DNA from: Centroscyllium fabricii
Lineage: Eukaryota
Reading direction: 5' to 3'
DNA length: 64,000 bases
Assembly: GCA_051313645.2 (NCBI GenBank)
Contig: JBNRSN020000005.1
Location: 91,760,001-91,824,000 of the forward strand
The translations under genes and the position numbers were made by a program. Shown piece by piece: positions 1-12,876 of this stretch. Under the pieces are notes generated by a model. That model saw only the letters and a program-made list of their open reading frames with translations, was not told the origin of the DNA and did no database searches. Each line of letters opens with the position of its first letter. Position 1 is the stretch's first letter.

Positions 1-112
1 TCCAGATTTATTTAATTAACTGAATTTAAATTCCCCAGCTGCCGTGGTGGAATTTGAAATGTTGTCTTTGGGTTAATAGCTCCGTGACATTACCACTGTG
101 CTACCGTTTCCA
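1..112 (-). mobile_element. tRNA-derived SINE head fragment (same family as 37002-37470)
   Basis: Reverse complement resembles the cacggcagctggtggaatttaaattc head of the SINE at 37002. Confidence 0.55.
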
Positions 113-568
113 TGAAGGTAGAAAATCAGCCATGATTTTATTGAATGGTGGAGCAGGCTCCAGGGGCCTTACACCTACTCCTGCTCCGATTTCGTATGTT
201 CTTAATTATATTACAATTAATTTGGTAAAATAGAAAATGTAATCTTCCCTCCTCCCTGCTGGTTTTCTACACTGCTTACCATTTCTTTGCAAGGTTGGAC
301 AGTCAACTTGCCTCCAGCCCTTTGCCATTCATATTCCTCAGTCTACTGCAAGGTGCACAGCACAGAAATGGCTTGTGGTGGGGGGCGGTGCTGGAACACA
401 TGGAACATTTGGCGTATTGATGTATAATGTCATGGCTGTGGTGGGAATGTACCGTCGAGTACCAACTTGTAGTTTGGTTTCTGGAAGGATGTTCCAAGTA
501 AAGACCAAGTGCTTCTCACAGGAAAAAAGGAAAACATTTAGGGCATTTTGACCCTGGTCACTTGTATA

Positions 569-713
569 CAATGTTCCCTTTAAGCTCAAGGCCTCGCGAA
601 GCCGGTGAGCCGGCTTTACAATGCAAAAAACTGCGCGTGCACAGAAGTTTAAACGGGCCACGCAGCCCGTTTAAAGGGGCCACGCGGCCCCAAAATAATT
701 AGGGGGAACGTTG
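569..713. mobile_element. hAT-like MITE
   Basis: Imperfect TIRs CAATGTTCCCTTTAA / TTAGGGGGAACGTTG; 8-bp flanks CTTGTATA and CTTGTCTG (6 of 8 match); internal hairpins tttaaacgggc...gcccgtttaaa and ggggcc...ggcccc. Confidence 0.7.
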
Positions 714-876
714 CTTGTCTGCCGTTCTCGTGGCTGGATTGGTGGAGGCTTGGCTGCAGGTAAGACAGCAGAATGGGTGGGGGAAGAGAGGGAACTGGCA
801 AAAGGCTGAAAATAGCTAAAATTTGAATCATTCTGGAATGGCCAGCTTGATGAATGTATCTCAATCCATTTCACAG

Positions 877-1031
877 GTATAGCACTGTATCTTGGTAAGG
901 CTGAGCTCCTGAGCTGTAAGCATCATTATCATGATCATGTTCAGTTTACGGTGAATCCAGGCCAACCAGGAGAAATAGACTGCACCAAGGAGCACATCAA
1001 TTACACAGACCCGTACAGAAACAAAACACTG
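877..1031 (+). CDS. PACC1: PACC1/TMEM206 internal coding exon (first in window; upstream exons lie outside)
   Basis: ttcacag|GT ATA GCA...ACA CTG|gtaaag; translates (G)IALYLGKAELLSCKHHYHDHVQFTVNPGQPGEIDCTKEHINYTDPYRNKTL, matching the human PAC segment GIALYPGQAQLLSCKHHY...GQPGDMNCTTQRINYTDP as recalled. Confidence 0.93.
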
Positions 1032-1444
1032 GTAAAGTACAGCATGTATCTGTTGATTTAACTCTATCAGGGCTACAGTTGTGTGTTCCAATTTGAACAA
1101 TATTCATCTGTTGAACTACAGATGACACATTGTATGCATTTTATATTGTGTTCTTGCTGATTCTTCATGTGGTTGCTTGAATATGACTTCTTTTAGCAAC
1201 TAGAGCAGTTTCATTCAATAAATTTTAGCGTTCTTATTATAGAGTCATAGAGTAATACAACTATCAACTGAGATTGTCAGCAGATATTGACTATGCTTGA
1301 TGTAGTGCCCAATAAATAAAGCTTGCTTTAGCCACAATTAATTTAGTGGAAAACAAAACATCTAATTCCGTCAATTGAAGTACTATTGGCACGTCTCATC
1401 CTGTGTATTCAAGCATGTTGTGCTTTTTATTTTGACCAGTCTTG

Positions 1445-1645
1445 GCTGAGTGATGTAACTCTCACCTCCTGAGTTGTTGGTTCAAGCCCCATTTCAGAGA
1501 CTTGAGCACATAACCTGGGTTGACACTTCAGTGCAGTGCTGAGCGAGTCTCTGAGGTGCCACCTTTCAGATGGGGCGTTCAGTGCAGAATGCAGGTGAAT
1601 GTAGAAGATCCCATGGCACTCTGCGCAGAAGAGCATTCTTCCCTC
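1445..1645 (+). mobile_element. Deu-domain SINE (SacSINE1/AmnSINE-like) fragment
   Basis: tRNA-like head plus ggtgccacctttcagatg...aagatcccatggcact, resembling the Deu core; a matching 3' tail occurs at about 5790-5962 and a minus-strand copy at about 11135-11560. Confidence 0.6.
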
Positions 1646-1649
1646 TCAC

Positions 1650-2000
1650 ATGGCAGCTCCCTTTCATTCTGCCAGCGCAATTCACATTCCATCTAGAACC
1701 ATCCTTTGTTTCTTAACCTGTCCCATTACCCTCTTGCCTTGAATATCTTAGTGCCTACTTCTCCTGCCCTCCATCTTATCACTGACCTTCCCTTTTGTTC
1801 TTTCATCCCCTTCCCCATTTCCCAGCCCCTAAACTTGCTTTAAAATCTGTTCCTTTTCCTGCTTTTTTCCAGTTCTGACAAAAGATCTTCGTCCTGAAAC
1901 GTTAACTCTGTTTCTCGCTCCACGGATGCTGCCTGGCCTGCTGAGTTTTTCCAGCGTTTTCTGTTGTTTCAGATTTCCAGCATCCGCAGTATTTTGCTAT
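1650..2000 (+). mobile_element. Penelope-like element terminal repeat with a degenerate hammerhead motif
   Basis: agttCTGACAAaagatcttcgtcctGAAACGTTaact followed by gatgctgcctggcctgctgag; homologous to 49090-49200. Confidence 0.7.
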
Positions 2001-2035
2001 TATATTAGAGTTCTCCTGGTGTTCTGGCTAATATT

Positions 2036-5000
2036 TATAGAGTCATGGATTTATACAGCACAGAAAGAGGCCTTTCGGCCCATTGTGTCCACACCGGCCA
2101 TCAAGCCCAGTATATTCGAATCCCATTTTCCAGCACTTGGTCGGTAGCCTTGTATGCTGTGGCGTTTCAGGTGCTCATCTAAATGCTTCTTGAATGTTGT
2201 GAGGGTTCCTGCCTCTACCACCCTTTCAGGCAGTGAGTTCCAGATTCCAACCACCCTCTGGGTGAAAAAGTATTTCCTCAAATCCCCTCGAAACCTCCTG
2301 CCCCTTACCTTGAAGCTATGCTCCCTGGTTATTGACCCCTCTACTAAGGGGAAAAGTTCCTTTCTATCTACCCTATCTTTGCCCCATATCATTTTGTACA
2401 CCTCAATCAGGTCCCCCTCAGCCTTCTCTGCTCTCAGGAAAACAACCACAGCCTGTCCAGTTTCTCTTCATAGCTGAAGTGCTCCAGCCCAGGTAACATT
2501 CTGGTGAATCTCCTCTGCACTCTCTCCAATGCATTCACATCCTTCCTATAGTGTGGTGACCAGAACTGCACACAGTATTCCAGCTGTGGCCTAACTAGCG
2601 TTTTGTACAGCTCCATCATAACCTCCCTGCTCTTGCCTTCATTAGCCGAGACATAGAATATAAGTATCCCATATGCCTTTTTACCCACCTTACCTACCTG
2701 TCCTGCTGCCTTCAGGGATCTATGTACATGCCCACCAAGGTCCCTCTGATCCTCTGTCATTCCTCAGGTCTTACCATTCATTGTGTATTCCCTTGCCTTG
2801 TTAGTCCTCCCAAATTGCATCACCTCACACTTTTCAGGGTTAAATTCCATTTGCCACTGTTCTGCCCATCTAACATAGAAACCTAGAAGATAGGAGCAGG
2901 AGTAGGCCATTCGGCCCCTCGAGCCTGCTCCGCCATTCAATGAGATCATAGCTGATCATCCAAATTCAGTACCCTGTTCCTGCCTTCTCCCCATATCCCT
3001 GGATCCCTTTAGCCTTAAGAAATATATCTAACTCCTTCTTGAATATAGAATCATAGAAGATAGGAGCAGGAGTAGGCCATTCAGCCCTTCAAGCCTGCTC
3101 CGCCATTCAATGAGATCATGGCTGATCTTTAGCAAGCTAGTACCCCGTCCCCGCCTTTTCTCCGTAACCTTTAATCCCTTTAGCTTGAAGAAATATATCC
3201 AATTCCCTCTTGAATATGTTTAATGAACTGGCCTCCACCGCCCTCTGTGGCAAGGAATTCCACAGGACCACCACTCTCTGAGTGAAGAAATTCTTCCTCA
3301 TGTCTGTCCTAAATGGTTTACCCCTTATTCTTAGACCGTGGCCCCTGCTTCTGGACTCCCCCGCCATTGGAAACATTCTCTCTGAATCTAACCTGTCCAG
3401 ACCTTTCAGAATTTTATACGTCTCAATGAGATCGCCTCTTAATCTTCTAAACTCCAACGAGTACAAGCCCAGACTACATAATCTCTCCTCGTAGGTCATT
3501 CCTGCCATTCCAGGAATCAGCCTGGTGAAACGCCGCTGCACTCCCTCCATGGCAAGAACATCCCTCCTCAGGCGAGGCGACCAGAACTGTGCACAATACT
3601 CGAGGTGTGGTCTCACCAGTGCCTTGTACAGCTGTAGTAAGGTATCCTTATTCCTATACTCGAACCCTCTTGATATGAAGGCCAACACACCATTTGCCTT
3701 CCTAACCGCCTGCTGCACCTGCGTGCTCGCCTTCAGCGACTGGTGCACAAGAACACCCAGGTCTCTTTGCACCTCCCCATCTCCCAATCTATTGCCATTT
3801 AAGTAATAATCTACCCTCCTGTTTTTGCCCCCAAAGTGGATAACCTCACATTTATCCACATTATAGTGCATCTGCCATCTATCTGCCCAGTCCCCCAACT
3901 TATCCAAATCGCCCTGTAACTTCCTGACACCCTCTTCAGAGCCCACCCCCCCCCCCCTCCCCCTCCTAGTTTGGTGTCATCCGCAAATTTGGAGATATTA
4001 CATTCAATTCCCTGATCCAGATCATTAATATATATTGTAAACAGCTGGGGTCCCAGGACAGACCCCTGCGGTACCCCACTAGTCACCGGCTGCCACTCAG
4101 AAAACGAGCCGTTAATTCCAACTCTCTGTTTTCTATCTGCCAACCAGTTCTCTATCCACATCAAAACTTTGCCCCCAATCCCATGAGCCTTAATTTTACA
4201 TGCTAATCTTTTATGTGGAACCTTATCGAAGGCTTTCTGGAAGTCAAGGTACACCACATCTACTGGCTCTCCCCCATCTATTTTCCGAGTTACTTCCTCA
4301 AAGAATTCCAATAGATTAGTTAAACACGATTTACCTTTTGTAAATCCATGTTGACTCTGTCCGATCTCATCCCTAATTGTCAAATGCTCCGAGATTACAT
4401 CCTTGATAATGGACTCGAGCATTTTGCCCACTACTGATGTAAGGCTTACTGGTCTATAATTCCCTGCTTTCTCTCTGCCCCCCTTTTTAAATAGTGGGGT
4501 AACACTAGCCACCCTCCAATCCGTGGGTACTGATCCAGAGTCTATCGAGTTCTGGAAAATGATCCTTAAAGCACCCGCTATTTCCAGGGCCACCTCTTTA
4601 AGTACCCTAGGATGTAGATTATCAGGCCCTGGGGATTTGTCGGCCTTCAATCCCTTCAACTTCCCCAAAACCATCTCCCTAGAAATACTGATATCTGTCA
4701 GCTCCTCCCTTGCATTAGACCCTATGTTCGCTGCTATCCCTGGGAGGTTGCTTGTGTCCTCCTTTGTGAAGACAGTACCAAAATATGAATTTAGTTGGTC
4801 TGCCATTTCTTTATTCCCCTGAATCGAACTGCAAGGGACCGACTTGGGATTTTACCAATCTTTTCCAAATTGCCCACTAGTCACCTCCTGTGGTAGAGAA
4901 TTCCACAGGTTCACCACTCTCTGGGGGAAGAAATTCCTCCTCATCTCTGTCCTAAATGGCTTACCCCTTATCTTTAGACTGTGACCCTGGTTCTGGACTC

Positions 5001-5750
5001 CCCCGCCATCGGGAACATCGTTCCTGCATCTAGTCTGTCTAATCCTGTTAGAATTTTATAAGTTTCAATGAGATTCCCTCTCATTCTTCGAAACTCCAGC
5101 GAGTATAAGCCCAATCGACCCAATCTCTCCTCATACGTCATTCCTGCCATCCCAGGTATCAGCCTGGTGAATCTTCGCTGCACTCCTTCCATTTCAAGAA
5201 CATCCTTCCTCCGATAAGGTGACCAAAACTGAACAAAATACTCAAGGTGTGGTCTCACCAAGGCCCTGTACAACAGTAACAAGACATCCTTGTTCCTGTA
5301 CTCGAACCTCTCACTACGAAGGCCAACATACCATTTGCCTTCTTAACCGCCTGCTGCACCTGCATGCTTACCTTCAGCGACTGGTGCACAAGGACACCCA
5401 GATCTCGTTGCACTTCCCCCTTCTCCCAATCTATCGCCCGTCTATATCATCCTGTAGGCTTCCCTCCTCACTATTTACCACTCCACCAATTTTTGTGTCA
5501 TCTGCGAATTTACTGATCATACCTCCTGCATTCATATCTAAATCATTAATGTACACTACAAACAGCAAGGGACCCAGCACCGATCCCTGCGGTACACCAC
5601 TGGATACAGGCTTCCAGTCACAAAAACAACTTTCAACCATCACCCTCTGCCTCCAGCCACTAAGCCAATTTTGGATCCACTGTGCCAAATTGCCCTGGAT
5701 CCCATGGGCTCTTGCCTTCCTGACCAGTCTCCCATGTGGGACATTGTGAT
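2036..5750 (-). mobile_element. Three nested CR1 LINE copies (A 2036-2870 and 5432-5750; B 2871-3046 and 4881-5431; C 3047-4880)
   Basis: RT motifs [30 protein letters not shown] and RPHLEYC; CR1 3' tails at 2871 and 3047; interrupted copies resume in register. Confidence 0.9.
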
Positions 5751-6096
5751 GTTAGTTGAGTTCAGTATGGTTTTGGCAAACAGATTATTTGGTCATTAAT
5801 TTCACTCTTGTTTGCGTGACCTTGCTGTGTGCAAATTGGCTGCCACAGTTCCCTACATTACAACAGTGACTACACTTCAATAAAGTATTTCATCGACGGC
5901 AGCAATTTGAAATGTCCTGAAGTCATGAAAGGCACTTATAAATGCAAGTTCTTTCTTTCTTTAGTCTGTTGGCTAATTTTCTGATCTGTCAGATTGGGGC
6001 TAGAAAATTTACAATATCACTAACTACTTTAGGCATCCTGTGCTCTCATCATATTTCGGGCATTTAGACAGTCAAGTTACTGAAACATCAACACCA

Positions 6097-6690
6097 ACAA
6101 CTTGCATTTATGAAGCTGCTTTAACATAGTAAAACATCCCAAGGCACTTCACAGGAGAGAGATCAAACGCAATTTGACACTGAGGCAGAGGTATTAGGAC
6201 AGGTGACCAAAAGCTTGGTCAAAGAGGTAGGTTTTAAGGGGTGTCTTAATGGAGGAAAGAGAGGCGGAGAGGTTTAGGCAGGGAATTCCAGAGCTGAGGG
6301 CTCAGGCAGCTGAAGGCATGGAGTTGTGAAAATTGGGGATGCGTAAGAGGCCAGAATTGGAGGAGAGCAGAGATCTCTGAGGGTTGCAGGGCTGGAGAAG
6401 ATTACAGGGATAGGGAGAGGCAAGGCCATGGGGGGGGATTTGAAAACAAGGATGAGAATTTTAAAATCTAGGTGTTGCCGGACCAGGAGCCAATGTAGGT
6501 TAGGGGGTGATAGGTGAACGAGACTTGGTACAAGTTAGGATACGGGCAGCAGAGTTTTAGATGAGCTCAGGTTTACAGAGGTTGAAAGGTAGGAGGCTGA
6601 CCAGAAGCACGCTGGAATAGTTGAGCCTGGAGGTAAGGAAGGCATGGATGAGGGTTTCAGCAGCAGACGTGCTGAGGCATAGGCAGTGAA
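6097..6690 (-). mobile_element. L2-like LINE 3' fragment
   Basis: Homologous to 45385-46087, 10075-10900 and the fragment inside 42320-43120; decayed C-terminal ORF2 (SRLDYS-like). Confidence 0.65.
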
Positions 6691-6749
6691 CGAGTGAACA
6701 GTGTTACTCACAAGTGCTTTCATGCAAATAGCATCAATTTGTTCTGTAA

Positions 6750-7190
6750 TATGAGGGACTTCAGTTATGTGGCGAGACTAGAGAAACTGGGATTGTTCTT
6801 TAGAGCAGAGAAGGTTAAAGGGAGATTTAATAGAGGCGTTCAAAATAATAAGGTGCTTTGATAGAATAAATAAGGAGAAACTGTTTCTACTGACAGGAGT
6901 CAGTAACCAGAGGATACAGATTTAAGATAACTGGCAAACAAACCAAGGGGGAGATGAGAATTGTTTTTTACATAGCAGGTTGTTGTGATCTGAAATGCAT
7001 TGAAAGGGTCGTGGAAGCAGATTCAATATTAATTGTCAAAAGGGAATTGGATATATACATGAAAAGACAAATGTGCAGGGCTATGGGGAAGGAGCACGGG
7101 AATGGGACTAATTGGATTGCTGTTTCAAAGAGCTGGCACAAGCACCATGGGTCGACTGTCCTCCTTCTGTGCTGTAAGATTCTATGAATA
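6750..7190 (+). mobile_element. Old CR1 3' fragment
   Basis: Decayed ERLEKLGLFSLE/RGHRFK region and a ttctatg tail. Confidence 0.75.
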
Positions 7191-7759
7191 TTACACATCA
7201 TTTCTAGTTGGGAGAGCAGATCAGGAGCAGCAAGCAGTGGCCGAGGAGAGCAGGTTGGAAGAGGTGATTCAGCAGTGAGAGTTTGCAGTTCACGACTATC
7301 CTTTATGTCACCTGCCACTGATTGTAGTGCAGCAATGCAATTCTTTATTTTCAACAGATGCATCTCTTGGGTCAGTGTGAAATATTGCTGATAAATGAGA
7401 AAATTTAACATTTGTTAGCAAGCCGAATGTCTTCTGTTATGTTCACAGTAAATCTTTCTGCTGCACAGGATGGTTTACAATCTGAAGACCAGCAGGTAGG
7501 AATGAATAATGATGGCCGGTTGTTCCTCGCTGTATTTTTAATTACTGCAGATTAAATTCCAAACTTACAATGTACAAAATTAATGGGCAGGAAAAGACCA
7601 GATGATCCATCAAGACTAGCCCACACCATGATGGCCAGACCATCGGGGCTAAACACTTCTTCCCTCCCCCCCCTCCCCCACCTCACATCCACTTATGATG
7701 TTTAGAAAATGTACCAGACCTTTTTAAATGTAATTAGTTGTGTTGCTCTTTGTGACTAG

Positions 7760-7902
7760 AAATCTGCCCTGATTATCCGTGGACCACAAGATGTGAGAAA
7801 GAAAGAGCTGGTGTTCTTGCAGTTCCATCAAAATGAAACGGAAGAAGATTTTAGTGCAATCAGCTATCTCTTATTCTCATCATTCAAGGAGTTTCAAGAG
7901 AG
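7760..7902 (+). CDS. PACC1: PACC1 coding exon
   Basis: gactag|AAA TCT...GAG AG|gtgaga; KSALIIRGPQDVRKKELVFLQFHQNETEEDFSAISYLLFSSFKEFQE; phase 0 start and phase 2 end fit the neighbouring exons. Confidence 0.94.
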
Positions 7903-8249
7903 GTGAGAAACTAGTTTAGGGAGCACACCAAGTCATTCCTTCTGTGGGGGGTGGGAAGAATTGATGCTACTTTGAAGACTCTTAATGTTAAGGGCCACTT
8001 TTCAAATGGCTGAAGTACCTGTACATCAAATCATGGCATCTGCCTGCAGTGGAGGATCAATCGGACACATTTTAAGTGTATTTACTCAACCTGATTTGCA
8101 TAACATTGCTTGTTACCAGAATATCATAAAATTCAGGATCAGCAGATGACATATAAATTTAAATAGCTCCATGTTGTCAAGTTTATATATTTTTTTAAAT
8201 TGTAGCTAATCCATCCCATAGCCTGGATTTTAGTAATTGATTATCCTCA

Positions 8250-9045
8250 GATAATGAAGCAGTCCATGCCCAGATGCAGAAAGGCCTGAACAACATTCAG
8301 GCTTTGGGATGATAAGTGGCAGGTAACATTCGTGCCACACAAGTGCCAAGCAATGACTATCTCCAACAAGCGAGAGTCTAACCACTTCCCTTTGACATTC
8401 AACAGCATCACCATCGCCGAATCCCCCACCATCAACATTCTGGGGGTCACCGTTGACCAGAAACTTAACTGGACCAGCCACATAAATACTGTGGCAACAA
8501 GAGCAGGTCAGAGGCTGGGTATTCTGTGATGAGTGTCTCACTTCCCGACTTCCCGAAAGCCTTTCCATCATCGACAAGGCACAAGTAAGGAGTGTGATGG
8601 AATACTCTCCACTTGCCTGGATGAGTGCAGCTCCAACAACACTCAGAAGCTCGACACCATCCACGACAAAGCAGCCCGCTTGATTGGCACCCCATGCACC
8701 ACCTTAAACATTTACTCCCTCCGCCACCGGCGCTCCATGGCTACAGTGTGTACCATCTACAAGATGCATTGCAGCAACTCGCCAAGACTTTGACAGCACC
8801 TCCCAAACCCGTGACCTCTACTGTCTAGAAGGACAAGGGCAGCAGACGCGTGGGAACACCGTCACCTCCAAGTCACACACCATCCTGACTTGGAAATATA
8901 TCGCCGATCTTTCATCGTCGCTGGATCAAAATCCTGGAACTCCCTAACAGCACCATGGGAGTACCTTCACCACACGGACTGCAGCAGTTTGAGAGGGCGG
9001 CTCACCAGGTGATGCCCACATCCTGTGAACAAATATATAAAAGAA
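8250..9045 (+). mobile_element. CR1/L2-group LINE, second family (3' fragment)
   Basis: ILGVTVDQKLNW and VMEYSPLAW motifs shared with 28150-30790 and 39262-41070. Confidence 0.8.
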
Positions 9046-9608
9046 ATGATTTCTCTCTTGCCAGTAGTCTGGGATAGGGATACCAACAGGTTACAGAGAG
9101 TTACATAGAATATACAGCACAGAAACAGGTCATTCAGCCCAACTGGTCTATGCTCCACCCACCCTACTTCATCTAGCCTTATCAGCAGAACCTTCTATTC
9201 CTTTCTCTCTCATGTATTTATCTAGCTTCCACTTACCTATTAATCTGTTTTTAGGAAACTCAAGTTTTCCTACTGCCTATAATGATGACAATAGGGTATT
9301 GCTGTCGATTGGGGTGCATTGGGAGAAGTATCAACATGTCAACTGATTTTCTGTTTTATATTGTGGGCAGTGCTGAGGCCAGCTAGCTGGCCACCTTATT
9401 TCTCTACCACATATTGGCAGGATCGTTGTACCTTTTTTAATTTTGCCATGTTAATGTCACATTTTAAATATGACAAAGTTAAACTCTTGTGACATTGATT
9501 GATGAGCAAAGATGAACAATGGATGAATTCTGCTGTTCTGTATTGTTTAAGTTGGCAGAGCAGTCTCATAAACTGAGCAGTGAAATTATGTTGGCATTTG
9601 TCTTTCAG

Positions 9609-9753
9609 TTCTGATAAAGCACAATTCATGCAGGACTGTGAACGTTCTTATTCTATCTGGACCTTTTCTGGGGGTTTTCGAACTTTGGTCAAAATGTCTC
9701 TGGTGAAAACTACAGAGGAAGATGGAAGTGAATCGGTGGAATTCAGAAAAGAG
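9609..9753 (+). CDS. PACC1: PACC1 coding exon
   Basis: ctttcag|T TCT GAT...AAA GAG|gtagtg; SDKAQFMQDCERSYSIWTFSGGFRTLVKMSLVKTTEEDGSESVEFRKE (human FSGGFRTWVKMSLVKTKEEDGREAVEFRQE). Confidence 0.95.
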
Positions 9754-10074
9754 GTAGTGAGAGCACTGAGATTATGGCCTGGATAGATCCACTAATGCAG
9801 GAATGTCACAGAATGTTATCTTTTTGTGTTCAAAGTTTTGCTACATCAAGCAAATGCAGGATTGACTTCTTGGCTCTAAGTTAGTAAAATATATTTGGAG
9901 CTAACTGCCTTTCATTGCAATCTTAGTGCAGTCTCTTGACACCTTTCTACTTTATTATGAACCAAACAGGTAGGAGAGTTGTAATTGATAACTCATTGGT
10001 ATATTGAGTCTTTGCTTCAAACACTGCAGGGAAAGGAAGGATGACCATAGGAAAATACTTTGAAACTAAATCAG

Positions 10075-10900
10075 AAACCATTTGCATTTATATGACACTT
10101 TTTTACTTCAATAAAATATCCCAAGACACTTAACTGATAAGAGAATAGATTGAGCAGTTGTGGGAAAAGTGGTAGAGGTGATAGAAATTATAGGCAGCAG
10201 ATGTCGAGATGGCTTTCAAAGGGAGGCGGGGAACTAATAAGGCAAAGCGGCTTCGGGAAGGTGTTCCAGAATAAGACCTAGTCTGCAGCCAAGTGAAGAA
10301 CATGGGCATAGGTAGAGGGAATGCACAGGAAACCAGAATCTGAGGAGTGTAGGGCATGGATTGGGGCACAGGGCTGGAAGAAGTAGAAGGAATTTGTAAA
10401 CAACAGCTTGAAGCTGGCGATAAGAGCATTTGGGAAGCTCAGTCTTGTGTAACAAAAGTGTGGATAGAGGTTTTAGTGGCAGAGGGGGTGAGGCGGGGCC
10501 GCAGAGGGGGTGAGGCGGGGCCAAAGAAGAGCATTGTTGGAGAACTGAAATACGCTGTGTTGGTGATGGATAGGGTATGGAGTTTGAATCTCACTTCAGA
10601 TTGAACGGCACACTGAGGTTGCACACTATCCGATTTAACATGATCACCAGGGAGGGAGATGGAGTTGGAAGCAAAGGTACAGCATTTTTGGTGGGAGGCA
10701 AATAAGATGTCTTTAGTTTTCTTGATGTTCTGCTGGCTTACCCATGACGTGATGCCAAATTGGCAGTTAGACATCATGGTGGAATCTAGGGCAGTGGTTA
10801 AGAGAGAGAGCTTTATGTCGTCGGCATCCATAACCTGTCAACAGGTTATAACTCTGAAGGAGCGAATGTTAACAAGAAAAAGGAGGGGCTCGATGATCAT
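10075..10900 (-). mobile_element. L2-like LINE fragment, old
   Basis: Decayed ORF with DADDIKL (YADD-like) motif; similar to 6097-6690. Confidence 0.6.
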
Positions 10901-11780
10901 ATGATTCTGGTCTTGGCTGTGTTTGGCCATCATGGTTTTGATCTTTAACATTCATTTTTTAAAACGCTCTGACTCGGTCGGCCTTTGATTACAAGCTCCT
11001 TTTATATCTGGCACATGTATGAGTTATTAGAGTGGACTAAACATCTACTTTCTATTAGTGATTTGACTTACTAGATTTGGATCTGTGCCAACACCACCAG
11101 TGAGCCATGGTTACCTCTATCACCATTTCAAAAGAAGAACTTGTATTTTTAAAGCATTTTATCACATCACTTTAAAAAATGTCCCAAAACATTTTGCAAT
11201 AATAATTACTTTAGAAGTGCTATACTGTTATGTAAACAATTGTGGCAGCCAATGTGCACACTGCAAGGCTCCACAAGCAACAAATGAGGGAGGAGTGTTA
11301 CCTGAGGGAGGATTTCTGGTAAGGACACAGCAATGCCCTGCTTCTCATCAAATAGAGCCATGGGACATTTAATATCCACCTCAGCCACCGGAGCAGACAG
11401 ACAGGACCTTGGTTTAATTTCTCATTAAGAGCATGAAATCCCTGACAATGATGCATTCCTTCAGTACTGTACTGCAGTATTAGCCGAGACTATGTGCTTA
11501 TTTTGGAGTGGGGCTTGAAACCACAATGACGTGAGAGTGCTACCAACTGAACCAAGCTGACACCTATACATTTTATGGAAGATTGCATCATTTATAACTT
11601 CAGATTCACTTGGAACTTTGTTCCCTGGAATGGTCGGTCATCTGACGTCCAGATTGAATTCCAATAAATCCATTCAGACCTATACTGACCCAATCTGAAT
11701 ACATTTCAAAATGACTGTGGGAACGAACATTCATTTGATGTTTGCTTTTATTCTAAACTACTCTCTTACTGTTCACACAG

Positions 11781-11888
11781 TCTACTCTTGTGAGATATAA
11801 TGACCACCGGCCTGATTCTGAACAAACTGATCAGTTGTTCTTTGTTGTATTTGAGTGGAAGGATCCTTTCATTCAGCAAGTCCGAGAT
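11781..11888 (+). CDS. PACC1: PACC1 coding exon
   Basis: cacacag|TCT ACT...CGA GAT|gtgagt; STLVRYNDHRPDSEQTDQLFFVVFEWKDPFIQQVRD (human QLFFVVFEWKDPFIQKVQD). Confidence 0.95.
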
Positions 11889-12405
11889 GTGAGTGTGTTC
11901 AGCTTTCACTGTCTTTATATTTTAATCGGCTGAGTGACTGGGGAAGAGCCACGTGGAGCCCCCACAGTTTTCCAGGGAGCGGGGGATATTTGAGAGAAAG
12001 CTGCTATGGACCATTCCGTTACACCTCTAAGTGGTCATCTCAAGTGGCACAGGCAGTGTTTCCTGCTTTTATACTTGGCTCTGTTTTTGTAAAATTAATG
12101 TGAAGAGGAAAATATAACTTCTAGAAATTATGGGACAATTAAGTAAAATATAATTGTGTATTTTGTTTGTTCCATGGTAATTCAATTATTAAATTGTTCA
12201 TGGGGTAACTAGTTGGTGCAAATCACCATTGTGACTTGTGCTTGTGGTATTTAAGGTACAGATCTTTCAAGTTCATGAAATACAACTAGTATATTTACCA
12301 GTACTCTGGAAAGTAAATGATTATATGCATCTAGTGTAAACTGTTAGATGCTGCATAGAAGTCCCAAACTGTCTGGATTAATTGTTTGATTTTGAATGTT
12401 TACAG

Positions 12406-12567
12406 ATAATCACAGCCAATCAGTGGAACACAATTGCCATTCTGTGTGGTGTCTTCTTGGCTTTGTTCAAGGCAGCAGAGTTTGCAAAGATGAGTGTTAT
12501 ATGGATGATCAAAATTAAAAAGAGACAACAAAAGCGCAAGGCCCAGGAACTGAACCAGATGAGTTAA
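12406..12567 (+). CDS. PACC1: PACC1 last coding exon (TM2 and C-terminus)
   Basis: tttacag|ATA ATC...TAA; IITANQWNTIAILCGVFLALFKAAEFAKMSVIWMIKIKKRQQKRKAQELNQMS*, including the TM2 LFKAAEFAK motif. Confidence 0.96.
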   Translation: MITANQWNTIAILCGVFLALFKAAEFAKMSVIWMIKIKKRQQKRKAQELNQMS

Positions 12568-12870
12568 ACCGAGGACCTAATTTGAGCCCCTTGAGGGGAT
12601 GCAGTTCTGATCCTCTCTCGTCCTCCCACTCATCTCTTCATTTGTATGTTGGTGTGGAGCTGTGTGCTCGATCATGAAGACCAGGCCATCCTTGTTCGTT
12701 TTATGGCAGGATGTCGGCATTTTAAAAGGGATATTGCATGGTTACCGCTGCCAGTATTAATACGAAACATTGCTGATGGATTAGAATACTTCAGTCTCAG
12801 GCAGTTTGAAAGTTCCTTTTTGATTTTTTTTAAATTCTCAATTTGTTTATTGAACTATTGGAAAGGCTTG

Positions 12871-12876
12871 AATAAA
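12871..12876 (+). promoter_or_regulatory. Candidate PACC1 polyadenylation signal
   Basis: First AATAAA about 300 bp after the stop codon, followed by T/GT-rich sequence. Confidence 0.5.
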
